From: Stellaceae bacterium
GTDB lineage: Bacteria; Pseudomonadota; Alphaproteobacteria; ATCC43930; CGMCC-115725
Length of the DNA stretch: 24,000 bases
Assembly: GCA_036501365.1 (NCBI GenBank)
Contig: DASYAL010000060.1
Coordinates: forward strand, 151,185 to 175,184
Direction of reading: 5' to 3'
Part shown: in pieces, positions 9,209 to 17,448 of the stretch
How positions within the stretch are numbered: position 1 is the first letter of the stretch
How the letters are laid out: each line of letters begins with the position of its first letter
Notes under the pieces: model-generated
What the model was told of the DNA's origin: nothing
The model's input: only the letters and a program-made list of their open reading frames with translations
The model's database searches: none
Translations under genes and position numbers: made by a program

Positions 9209-10036
9209 ATGAATCGGCTTGTCCTCGCACCCGTGACGATCAATGAGCTCGACCCGCCGGCCCTGATCGAGGCCGCGCACGAGGCCGGTTTTGCCGCGGT
9301 CGACCTGCGGGTGCTCGGCGCCCCGGGAGCCGCGCCGGTGGCGCCGGTGATCGGCAACCGGCCGCTGATCGCCGCGACCGCCGCAGCTTTGGCCGATACC
9401 GGCGTCACCCTGTTCAGCGCGACCGGCATCTGGCTCGTGCCCGGCTTCAGCCTCGACGCAGCGTTGCCGGCGCTCGAAGCCGCGGCGCGGCTAGGGGCGG
9501 AATGCTTCCTCGCGGTCGGCAACGACCCGGAGGAAGGGCGGATGACCGAGAGCCTGGCCCGGCTTGCCGCCGCCGCCCGGTCGCATCGGCTGCGGCTGGC
9601 GCTGGAGCTGATGCCCTATACCGCGGTCAATTCCCTGGCTAAGGCGCACCGGATGGTCGTCAGCAGCGGCGAGGTTAATGTCGGGCTGTTGATCGATGCC
9701 CTCCATCTGGCCCGTGCTGGGGGTACCCCCGCCGAAGTGGCCGCGATCCCGCCCGAACATATCGCCTATCTTCAGCTCTGCGACGCCCCGGCCACCCCGC
9801 CGCCCGGCCTGTCCTTGCGCCAGGAATCCTTGACGGCCCGGCTTTACCCCGGCGAGGGGAGCCTGCCGCTGATGGCGCTGATGGATGCCCTGCCGGCGGG
9901 CATCGTGGTCGATGTCGAGACCCCCGTCGCCGCCGATCGGCACCGGTCGGCAGGCGAGCGGGCTGCCCTTGCGCTTTCCGCAACCCAGCATTTCCTAACT
10001 GTCTGGCAGGCCCGGAAACTGGGGCTAAGCAATTGA
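9209..10036 (+). CDS. Sugar phosphate isomerase/epimerase-like TIM-barrel protein
   Basis: ATG at 9209. [35 protein letters not shown]... ...[14 protein letters not shown]...[19 protein letters not shown]...YLQLCDAP...GIVVDVETP resembles AP endonuclease family 2. Confidence 0.78.
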   Translation: MNRLVLAPVTINELDPPALIEAAHEAGFAAVDLRVLGAPGAAPVAPVIGNRPLIAATAAALADTGVTLFSATGIWLVPGFSLDAALPALEAAARLGAECFLAVGNDPEEGRMTESLARLAAAARSHRLRLALELMPYTAVNSLAKAHRMVVSSGEVNVGLLIDALHLARAGGTPAEVAAIPPEHIAYLQLCDAPATPPPGLSLRQESLTARLYPGEGSLPLMALMDALPAGIVVDVETPVAADRHRSAGERAALALSATQHFLTVWQARKLGLSN

Positions 10037-10148
10037 AACAGAAAAGTTTTACCCTCGCCACTTAAAACACGTGCGATTGGCCCCAATATTGTGCCAAGAT
10101 GCGCCCCGGCCGGCCGTCCAGGTCGGTCCAGCCATCACGATTACGAAT

Positions 10149-11759
10149 GTGAGTCAGATCATCATGCGGGCCAATTTCGCCGGCGCCGAAGCCGTGGAAC
10201 AGCCGAGTCAGCCGGCTGAAGCGGCAGAGGGAACCCCGGAGGAATCCAATGTCGCCGTCGAGGAGCTGCCGCGGGCTGGCAACGTCGCCACCGATGCGAC
10301 CTCCGGCGATGCGATGCAGCATTATCTGCGCGAGATTTCCGTCGCCGAGTTGCTGACGCGCGAGCAAGAGGTCGAGCTCGCCCAGCGGATCGAGGCCGGG
10401 CGCGAGGCGATGCTGGCGGCGCTGTGCCGCAGCGAGTTGCTGCGCCGGTCGATCAAGGAATGGCGTGAGGGGCTGGGCAAGAACACCGTTTTGCTGCGCG
10501 ACGTGGTCGATCTCGCGGCAACGCGTCGGCGGATGCGCGGCGATGTCGAGACGCCGGTCGACGAGAGCGGCTCGTCCTCGGTGATCGCGCAGATTGAAGC
10601 TGAGCTCATGCCCGATGTGAAGGCGGCTTTCACCCGCGCGATCAATGCCGGCAAGGGCCGGTCCCAGGCGCTGGCCAAGGCGCTCAACAACGTCGTGTTG
10701 CAGCCTGCCGAGATCGACAAGCTCGCACATAAGGTCAAGGAGATGAGCCGCAAGCTCCTCGAATTCGAGGGCACGCTGGCGCGGCTCGCCGATCAATCCG
10801 GCATCGTGCGGACCGATTTCATCACCACCTATCGCGAGGCCAAGGGCGCCAAGTTGTGGCTCGAATCCGCGCGCCGGCGCCGGGTCACGGCGTGGCGCTC
10901 GTTCATCGGGCGGCATGGCGAGCAGGCCAAGATCCTCGTCGCTGAGATCGAGGCGATCGCCAAGCAGTCGGGGCAGAAGCTCGAGCATTTCCGCGCCGGC
11001 GCGAACGATCTGCAGCGCGGCGCCCGCGATGCCGAGCGCGCCAAGGAGCAGATGATCGCCGCCAACCTGCGGCTGGTCACCTGGATTGCGCGCCGCCACG
11101 TCAATCGCGGCCTGCCGCTGATGGATCTGGTGCAGGAAGGCAATATCGGCCTGATGCGCGCGGTCGAAAAATTCGACTGGCGTCGCGGCTACAAGTTCTC
11201 GACCTATGCGACGTGGTGGATCCGCCAGGCGTGTTCGCGCGCGCTGGTCGATCAGGGCCATTTGATCCGCATCCCGGCGCATCTGGCCGACGAGGTCCGG
11301 CGCGTGCTGCGCGCGCAACGTCGCCTCGCCGGCGAGTTGCGCCGCGAGCCGACCGAGCCCGAGCTTGCCGAGCGTCTCGGCACGCCGGTGCCCAAGTTGC
11401 GCACCGTGCTCGAATTGGTGCGCGATCCGGTCAGCATGGACCAGCCGGTGGGCGAGGATGGCGATGCCACGATCGGCGACTTCCTCGAGGACCAGCAAGC
11501 GGTGGTGCCGCTCGAAGCGGCGGCCGCGGCCGAGCTGCGCGAGGCGACCGAAGAGGCGCTGGCGCGTTTGACGCCGCGCGAGGCCGACGTTCTACGCCTG
11601 CGCTTCGGCGTGGGCCAAGCCGCCGAGCATACCCTCGAAGAGGTCGGCAAGAAGTACCAGGTGACGCGCGAGCGCATCCGCCAAATCGAGGCGAAGGCGC
11701 TGAAGAAGCTCAGCCAGCGCGGTCCCGACCGCCGTCTCGCCGGCTTCCTCGACCGCTGA
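10149..11759 (+). CDS. RNA polymerase sigma-70 family factor, divergent RpoD-like paralogue
   Basis: Region 1.2: [31 protein letters not shown]. Region 2: [64 protein letters not shown]. Region 4.2: [28 protein letters not shown]. The start is uncertain (GTG 10149, ATG 10164 or GTG 10071). Confidence 0.93.
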   Translation: MSQIIMRANFAGAEAVEQPSQPAEAAEGTPEESNVAVEELPRAGNVATDATSGDAMQHYLREISVAELLTREQEVELAQRIEAGREAMLAALCRSELLRRSIKEWREGLGKNTVLLRDVVDLAATRRRMRGDVETPVDESGSSSVIAQIEAELMPDVKAAFTRAINAGKGRSQALAKALNNVVLQPAEIDKLAHKVKEMSRKLLEFEGTLARLADQSGIVRTDFITTYREAKGAKLWLESARRRRVTAWRSFIGRHGEQAKILVAEIEAIAKQSGQKLEHFRAGANDLQRGARDAERAKEQMIAANLRLVTWIARRHVNRGLPLMDLVQEGNIGLMRAVEKFDWRRGYKFSTYATWWIRQACSRALVDQGHLIRIPAHLADEVRRVLRAQRRLAGELRREPTEPELAERLGTPVPKLRTVLELVRDPVSMDQPVGEDGDATIGDFLEDQQAVVPLEAAAAAELREATEEALARLTPREADVLRLRFGVGQAAEHTLEEVGKKYQVTRERIRQIEAKALKKLSQRGPDRRLAGFLDR

Positions 11760-11783
11760 CCGCCGGCACCGTTCGATCGGACA

Positions 11784-11816
11784 ACGCCCGGACCCGTTGG
11801 TCCGGGCGTTTCCTTA
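11784..11816 (+). terminator. Rho-independent terminator downstream of the sigma factor gene
   Basis: AACGCCCGGACC-CGTT-GGTCCGGGCGTT forms a perfect 12-bp stem with a 4-nt loop, followed by a short pyrimidine/T-rich tract. It starts about 25 nt after the stop codon. Confidence 0.8.
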
Positions 11817-11907
11817 TGCGGGCCGCGGGTTGATTGGTCGTTGCCTCGATGCCATCCCCGCCGCACAATGCCGGCCCGCGTTCGGGAATGCGGCAAGGGG
11901 AGACGCT

Positions 11908-12573
11908 ATGGCCACGCAACGGATTAGCTACGTCGATCCGGCGACGATCGCCGACGAACGCATGCTGGCCGAATTCGACCGCTGCCGCCGCGAAGGCACG
12001 CCTCGGCCGGAAAGCCAGGCCATCCGGGCACATGTTCCCGCCACCTTCTGGTCCTTCGCCGATACCTGGGAAGCGGTGTTCCGCAGCGGCGTTATGGACC
12101 ATTCGATCAAGGAGCTGTGCCGTGTCTACGTCTCGCACTCGGTCAAATGCGAATATTGCGGCAACCAGCGTTCGGTGAAGTCTGCCAGCCAGGGCTTGGT
12201 CGAGGCCGACTACAAAGACTTGCTCGATTTCGAGAAATCCAAACATTACGACGAGCGGCAGAAAGCGGCGCTTGCCTATACCGAGGCTATCACCTGGGAT
12301 CTCGAGGCCGACGATGAATTATGGCAGCGGCTGAAGCACCACTTCACCGAGGCGCAGATCGTCGAGCTCGGCTATTTCGTCGCGATCACCATGGGCCAAC
12401 AGCGCTGGCTGCGCACCCTCAACATCGATCACCACCAGATACTCGCGGGCACCGCGGCCTCGATGGCGCCGGGCTTCGAGACCGCCGAGGCGCTCGTGCA
12501 AAGCAAGGCAAGCGCCGACTATTGGGGCAAGCGTCCGGCTGTGCCCGCGAAAGCGTCATCGACCGGCCAATGA
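11908..12573 (+). CDS. Carboxymuconolactone decarboxylase/AhpD-like family protein
   Basis: ATG at 11908. Motifs are KELCRVYVSHSVKCEYCGNQRSVKSA, DLLDFEKSKHYDERQKAALAYTEAIT and IVELGYFVAITMGQQRWLRTLNIDHH. Confidence 0.8.
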   Translation: MATQRISYVDPATIADERMLAEFDRCRREGTPRPESQAIRAHVPATFWSFADTWEAVFRSGVMDHSIKELCRVYVSHSVKCEYCGNQRSVKSASQGLVEADYKDLLDFEKSKHYDERQKAALAYTEAITWDLEADDELWQRLKHHFTEAQIVELGYFVAITMGQQRWLRTLNIDHHQILAGTAASMAPGFETAEALVQSKASADYWGKRPAVPAKASSTGQ

Positions 12574-13388
12574 GCGAGGGTGGGACGGCGATCGCCACGC
12601 CGACAGCGGCCGCCGCGGCCGGCCATATCCGCGCCCGCGGCCTGACCAAGCGCTACAGCGAATTGACGGTCTTCTCGGGTGTCGATCTCGATCTCGCGGC
12701 GCGCGAAATCGTCGCGCTGGTCGGGCCGTCGGGCTGTGGCAAGACGACGCTGCTGCGCTGCATCGACGGACTCATTCCCTGCGACGGCGAGATCACCCTC
12801 GACGGCCGGCGCGTTACGCAGCCGCCGCCGGGCGTCGCCATGGTGTTCCAGCATTTCGGCCTGTTCCCATGGAAGACGGTCTACGACAACGTCGCTTATG
12901 GGCTGCGCATGGCAGGAGCGAGCGCGGCCGAGGTCGCGCGCCGCGTGCCGGCCTTCATCGGCCTCGTCGGTCTCGCGGGCTTCGAGCGCGCCTATCCCTA
13001 TCAGATCTCCGGCGGCATGCAGCAGCGCTGCGGCCTCGCCCGTGCGCTCGCGATCGAGCCGAGCGTCCTGTTGATGGATGAGCCTTTCGCCGCGGTCGAC
13101 GCGCAGACCCGCGAAATCCTGCAATTCGAGTTGCTGCGCATCTGGGAAAAGCAGCCGACGACGATGCTCTTCGTCACCCATTCGATCGAGGAAGCCGTGC
13201 TGTTGGGCGACCGCGTCGTCGTGTTAAAGGGCCGCCCGGCGCGCGTCGATCAGGACATCGTCATCGATCTGCCGCGGCCGCGCAGCCGCGACACGCTGAG
13301 CCTGCCGCGCTTCTCGGCGCTGCGCGAGCAGGTCTGGGGCACGCTCATGAGCGAGGCGCGCCGCGCCGAATTCCAACTCGAGACCTAG
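12570..13388 (+). CDS. ABC transporter ATP-binding protein, NitT/TauT type
   Basis: The ATG at 12570 overlaps the previous stop (ATGA). Walker A GPSGCGKTTLL, MVFQHFGLFPWKTV, signature ISGGMQQRCGLARAL, Walker B VLLMDEPFAAVD. Confidence 0.95.
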   Translation: MSEGGTAIATPTAAAAAGHIRARGLTKRYSELTVFSGVDLDLAAREIVALVGPSGCGKTTLLRCIDGLIPCDGEITLDGRRVTQPPPGVAMVFQHFGLFPWKTVYDNVAYGLRMAGASAAEVARRVPAFIGLVGLAGFERAYPYQISGGMQQRCGLARALAIEPSVLLMDEPFAAVDAQTREILQFELLRIWEKQPTTMLFVTHSIEEAVLLGDRVVVLKGRPARVDQDIVIDLPRPRSRDTLSLPRFSALREQVWGTLMSEARRAEFQLET

Positions 13389-13422
13389 ACCAAGGGCCAA
13401 ACAAGGACAGGGAGGATCATCG

Positions 13423-14430
13423 ATGTTCCGCAGAGCCGTGATTGCTGCCGCGCTAGTGCTTTCCGCCGCTGGGGGCGCGCCGCCTACGTATGCTGCCGAT
13501 GCCCCAAAGGTGGTCATGGCGCTGCCCGGCGTGCCGCCGATCTATCTCACGGTCTTCGCCTATGTTGCCGACAAACAGGGCTTCTTCAAAAAATACGGCG
13601 CCGATGTCGTGCTGCGCCAATTCGATACCGGCGCCGCCGGCTCGCGGGCGGTGATCGCCGGCGATGCGGATATGGCGCTGGTGCCGACAGCGCTCACCAT
13701 CAACCAGATAGCCAATGCCAATGCCGACGTGGTCAGTATTTATGGCCTTCCCAATCCCGATTGGTCGATCGGCACGACGAATGCGGCGAAGGCGCAATGC
13801 AGCGACCTCAAAGGCGCGCAGATCGGTGTCGACACGCCCGGCGGCGCGCGCTCGCTGGCGCTCAAGGATATGCTGATCGGCGGTTGCCACCTGTCGATCG
13901 ACGACGTTCAGCAGGTGCCGCTCGGCTCGAACACGGCGCCGGCCATGATCGCCGGGCAGATCGCCTATGGCGTGCTGCATCTCGACGACGTGCCGGTGAT
14001 CGAAAGCCAGGGCAAGAAAGTCGCCATCGTGATGACGCTCAAGCAGGCGGTGCCGGTCAGCCATTACGACGTCCTCGAGGCGCGTCGCGATCGGCTCGCC
14101 GAGAAGCGCGATGCGATCGTGCGCACCGTGGCGGCCCTGGTCGACGCGGCGCGCTACATGGCCGATCCCAAGAACGCCGATACGGTCGCTCAGATCGGCA
14201 CGCTCACCGGCCACGACCTTGCGATCTCGAAAGAGGCTCTGAAGCTCTTCAACGGCATCGGCTTCTGGGACACCAAGGATGACGGGCTCGATCGTGCCAA
14301 GATCGAGGCCGTGATCGAAGACCAGGTCAAGACCGGCAACGTCAAGGAAGGCAAGACCCCTCCGAGCTACGAGCGGTTGGTCGACCGCACGGTGTGGCGC
14401 GACGCCGCGGCGATGATCGGATCGCACTGA
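13423..14430 (+). CDS. ABC transporter substrate-binding protein, NitT/TauT (NMT1/SsuA-like) type
   Basis: Signal peptide MFRRAVIAAALVLSAAGGAPPTYAAD, then FAYVADKQGFFKKYGADVVLRQFDTGAAGSRAVIAGDADMALVP. Preceded by a GGGAGG ribosome-binding site and sits between the ATPase and permease genes. Confidence 0.9.
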   Translation: MFRRAVIAAALVLSAAGGAPPTYAADAPKVVMALPGVPPIYLTVFAYVADKQGFFKKYGADVVLRQFDTGAAGSRAVIAGDADMALVPTALTINQIANANADVVSIYGLPNPDWSIGTTNAAKAQCSDLKGAQIGVDTPGGARSLALKDMLIGGCHLSIDDVQQVPLGSNTAPAMIAGQIAYGVLHLDDVPVIESQGKKVAIVMTLKQAVPVSHYDVLEARRDRLAEKRDAIVRTVAALVDAARYMADPKNADTVAQIGTLTGHDLAISKEALKLFNGIGFWDTKDDGLDRAKIEAVIEDQVKTGNVKEGKTPPSYERLVDRTVWRDAAAMIGSH

Positions 14431-14442
14431 GAGCCGACGTCG

Positions 14443-15201
14443 ATGGGTCGAGGGCGTGAGATCGCGGCACGCTATGCGCCGCCGCTGGTGAGCTTCGTCG
14501 TCGGCATGGCGGTGTGGGAACTGGTCGGCCGCCACACCGACGCCGCTTTCCTGGTGCCATTGTCCGAGACGCTCGACCGGCTCGTGGAGCTTATCCGCTC
14601 GGGCGAGCTGCTGCGCCAGACCTTGAGCTCGCTCGCCATCTTCGCCGTCGGCTTCACGCTCGGCGTGCTGGTCGGCGCGCCAGCCGGCATGCTTCTCGCC
14701 CGCGTCGCCGTGCTGCGCCGCGCCCTCGACGTCTATATCATGATCGCCTATGCGACGCCGCTGGTCGCGCTCATCCCCTTCATTCTGTCGCTGATGGGCT
14801 TCGGCTTTGCGCCGAAGGTGCTGGTAGTGTTCCTATTCGCCGTGTTTCCGGTGCTCTACAACACGGTCGAAGGCGCGCGCAGCCTCAAGCCTGAGCTGGT
14901 CGAGGTCGCGCATTCGTTCCGGTCAAGCGAATGGGCGCTGTGGCGCGAGGTCATGGTGCCCTACACCCTGCCCTTCACCATGACCGGCGTGCGTCAGGCA
15001 ATCGGCCGCGCCCTCGTCGGCATGATCGCGGCCGAGTTCTTCCTCAGCTCGACCGGGCTCGGCCAGCTCATCATGAACGCCTCGCAGAATTTCGATACGG
15101 CGGGCGTGTTGGCGGCGATCCTCGTCATCATGGCGTTGGGGCTATGCCTGATGCGGATCGGCCGCGCCATCGAGCAATACTTCGCGCGCTGGCGAGTGTG
15201 A
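14443..15201 (+). CDS. ABC transporter permease, NitT/TauT type (first of pair)
   Basis: Hydrophobic 252 aa protein with an EAA-like loop (ELVEVAHSFRSSEWALWREVMVPYTLPFTMTGVRQAIGRALVGMIAAEFF). Confidence 0.93.
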   Translation: MGRGREIAARYAPPLVSFVVGMAVWELVGRHTDAAFLVPLSETLDRLVELIRSGELLRQTLSSLAIFAVGFTLGVLVGAPAGMLLARVAVLRRALDVYIMIAYATPLVALIPFILSLMGFGFAPKVLVVFLFAVFPVLYNTVEGARSLKPELVEVAHSFRSSEWALWREVMVPYTLPFTMTGVRQAIGRALVGMIAAEFFLSSTGLGQLIMNASQNFDTAGVLAAILVIMALGLCLMRIGRAIEQYFARWRV

Positions 15202-15986
15202 TGAGCGTCGCCGCCATCGACAGCCGCCGTCCCTCGTCGCTTCTGCCGCGGCTGTGTGCCGGCGCCATCATCCTCGTTCTCTGGCAGATCGTTGTCCGTG
15301 CCTTCGCGCCGTCTTACGTCGCGACGCCGATCGGTGTCGCGATCGCGATACCGCATGTCGTCGTCGATCCGGTCTTTCTTGCCGGCGCCGCGATCACGCT
15401 CGCCGCGGTCGCCGAAGGGCTGGCGATCGCCCTGGTCTTCGGCACGCTGCTCGGACTCGTCATCGGCCAAAGCCAGATCGCTGATCGCGCGCTGCGCCAA
15501 TACGTCAACGCCGGCTATACGCTGCCGATGGTAGTGGTATTGCCCCTGGTGTCGCTATGGTTCGGCTACACCGGCGCCGCGCGGCTGGCGACCATCGTCT
15601 TCGCCGCGCTGTTCTCGATCACCGTGAACGTCGCCGACGGCGCCCGGTCGGTGCCGCATGAATATCTCGAAGTCGCGCGCTCGTTCCGTTCGCGCTCGTG
15701 GCGGGCTCTCTTCGAGATCGTGCTACCGGCGGCGACGCCCTACTTCCTCGCCGGACTGCGGCTCGCCGCTGGCCGCGCGCTGATCGGCGCGGTGGTCGCG
15801 GAATTCTTCACCGCGATCCCGGGCCTCGGCTATTTCATCCTTTTCAATTCGCGCACCTTCCATCACAACGAGGCTTTCGTTGCGGTGCTGCTTCTCGCCG
15901 GTTTCGGCGTCGGCTTCGATGCGCTGGTCAACGAAGCGACGCGGCGATACCTGCCGTGGTATCGCCGCGACGAGACGACGAGCTAG
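15201..15986 (+). CDS. ABC transporter permease, NitT/TauT type (second of pair)
   Basis: The ATG at 15201 overlaps the previous stop. EAA-like loop is EYLEVARSFRSRSWRALFEIVLPAATPYFLAGLRLAAGRALIGAVVAEFF. Confidence 0.93.
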   Translation: MSVAAIDSRRPSSLLPRLCAGAIILVLWQIVVRAFAPSYVATPIGVAIAIPHVVVDPVFLAGAAITLAAVAEGLAIALVFGTLLGLVIGQSQIADRALRQYVNAGYTLPMVVVLPLVSLWFGYTGAARLATIVFAALFSITVNVADGARSVPHEYLEVARSFRSRSWRALFEIVLPAATPYFLAGLRLAAGRALIGAVVAEFFTAIPGLGYFILFNSRTFHHNEAFVAVLLLAGFGVGFDALVNEATRRYLPWYRRDETTS

Positions 15987-15993
15987 GCCGCGC

Positions 15994-17343
15994 TTACTTC
16001 GCGGCGCTCTTGGCTGCGGGAGCCTCCGCCGGCTGCTTGCCGGTGTAGCGCATGATCCAGAGACCCCATTTGTCGTCGTTCATATAGATGTTGCCGCGGG
16101 TGTCGACGGCAATTTCCTCGCTCCAATTGATCGGCGAGGCATGGGCGCCGCTGGCCGCCTTCGCATCTTTCCGCTCAGGCGGAATGAAAGAGCCGAGCTC
16201 GGTCGGCTGGCGTGCATCGCTGACGTCGAAGACGCGCAAGCCGGCATTGAACCACGCGACTTCCATCACGTTGTTCGGCTTCTGGATCGCGGCGGCGTTG
16301 TGGATTTCCTGGCTTGTGTTATGGGGGCCGAAGCGGCCGCCCTTGTCGCAGAAATCGGCATAGGGCAGGCCTTTCGGCGGCCGCGGCGTCGGAAAGACCG
16401 AGATCAGCCGTGGATGCGCCGGGTCGCTGTTGTCGATGAAGCCGGCGAAATTCATGCCGTCGTCCTTGCATTCCGGCTTCTGCGCCTCCGAGCTGACATA
16501 GAGCAGCTTGCGGTCCCAATAGGGCAGCACCGTATGCACCGACTGCATGCCGACGCTGGCGAAAGGCTCGGTGATGTGGAGCTTGCCGATCAGTTTCGGA
16601 TGGGTGGGATCGCTGATATCGAGGTTGACGACGTCGGGCGTGTAGCCGGTCGAGATCATCTTGCCGTCGGGGCTGACATTGGCGGGGCCGTGGAAGCCTT
16701 CGGGGAATTCGGCCGCCGGCTCGCCGTCCTTCTGGCCGGGTTGCCACCATTTGCCGACCTCTTTGGGATGCGCCGGATCGCTGACGTCGAGGATGACGAG
16801 GATGTTCGCCTTGAAGCCGGGATAGCTGGTCGAGAGATAGGCGTAGCGGCCGCCGGGATAGGAGTTGCGATGCGCGCCGGTAGCGCCGCCCTGCCACGAT
16901 CCGACCTGCACCGGATTCTCCGGATCGTGAATGTCCCAAAGCAGCACCGCCGGCAACGGGTTCTTCTGCGGCGTGAAGCTGTTCAGCGAGGTGATCATCA
17001 GATCGTCGTGCAGCGTCACCTGGGCAGTGATGATGCTGGGGTCGTCGGTCTTGAAGGGAATGAACTTCACATAGCGCGGCTTCGTCGGATCGGTGACGTC
17101 GACGATGCTCCAGCCCTGATCGAAGGACTGACCGGAATAGAGATACCACTTGTCGTTTGCGGTGTGCTTGATCGCGATCTTGAAGCCGCCCGGATGTCCG
17201 CCGAGCCCCGAAAATCCGAGCACTTTTACATGCTCACCCTGGCCGCCCGGCGGGATCGGGTCGGCCGTGGCGATGCTTGCCGCAAAAGCCAGCGCGCTGG
17301 CGCCAAGCAAGGCGCGACCCAATGTTTTCGCGAAGCCTATCAC
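15994..17343 (-). CDS. Secreted LVIVD-repeat-type beta-propeller protein
   Basis: Signal peptide MIGFAKTLGRALLGASALAFAASIATA. Recurrent repeats WSIVDVTDPTKPRYV, VLLWDIHDPENPVQVG, LVILDVSDPAHPKEVG, VNLDISDPTHPKLIG and LRVFDVSDARQPTELG. Confidence 0.82.
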   Translation of the reverse strand: MIGFAKTLGRALLGASALAFAASIATADPIPPGGQGEHVKVLGFSGLGGHPGGFKIAIKHTANDKWYLYSGQSFDQGWSIVDVTDPTKPRYVKFIPFKTDDPSIITAQVTLHDDLMITSLNSFTPQKNPLPAVLLWDIHDPENPVQVGSWQGGATGAHRNSYPGGRYAYLSTSYPGFKANILVILDVSDPAHPKEVGKWWQPGQKDGEPAAEFPEGFHGPANVSPDGKMISTGYTPDVVNLDISDPTHPKLIGKLHITEPFASVGMQSVHTVLPYWDRKLLYVSSEAQKPECKDDGMNFAGFIDNSDPAHPRLISVFPTPRPPKGLPYADFCDKGGRFGPHNTSQEIHNAAAIQKPNNVMEVAWFNAGLRVFDVSDARQPTELGSFIPPERKDAKAASGAHASPINWSEEIAVDTRGNIYMNDDKWGLWIMRYTGKQPAEAPAAKSAAK

Positions 17344-17448
17344 TTAATTCCTCCCCAAAAGTCGCGCCGAATGCGCGATCCGTCGTTCGCGCTAAGTTGA
17401 CAGGTTCGAGCGTGCCGTGCAACGTCCCGCGCAGCCGAGGAGAAGCGC

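Noticed and set aside
9173-9230. Overlapping 5' ends of the MetE-like and TIM-barrel ORFs suggesting divergent overlap
   Set aside because: Both overlaps disappear when the likely starts are used: 9170 for MKRSTERFLTTHTGSLPRPP and 9209 for [12 protein letters not shown]. The remaining space is a normal short divergent promoter region.
10062-11498. 478 aa minus-strand ORF opposite the sigma factor
   Set aside because: Fully antisense to an unambiguous sigma-70 gene. Low-complexity, His/Arg/Asp-rich composition is consistent with a high-GC shadow ORF.
13453-14535. 360 aa minus-strand ORF opposite the substrate-binding protein, and similar shadows at 17392-18546 and 21724-22947
   Set aside because: Each lies antisense to a well-supported gene, with composition typical of mirrored GC3-biased frames and no supporting motif.
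15880-17400. 506 aa plus-strand ORF opposite the LVIVD-repeat protein
   Set aside because: Shadow ORF. The opposite strand has a signal peptide and regular repeats, while this one has no coherent domain.
17397-17425. Consensus -35 hexamer TTGACA upstream of the M24 gene
   Set aside because: The hexamer is exact, but the 17-nt spacer ends at CAACGT, a poor -10 match. It is insufficient to call a promoter.
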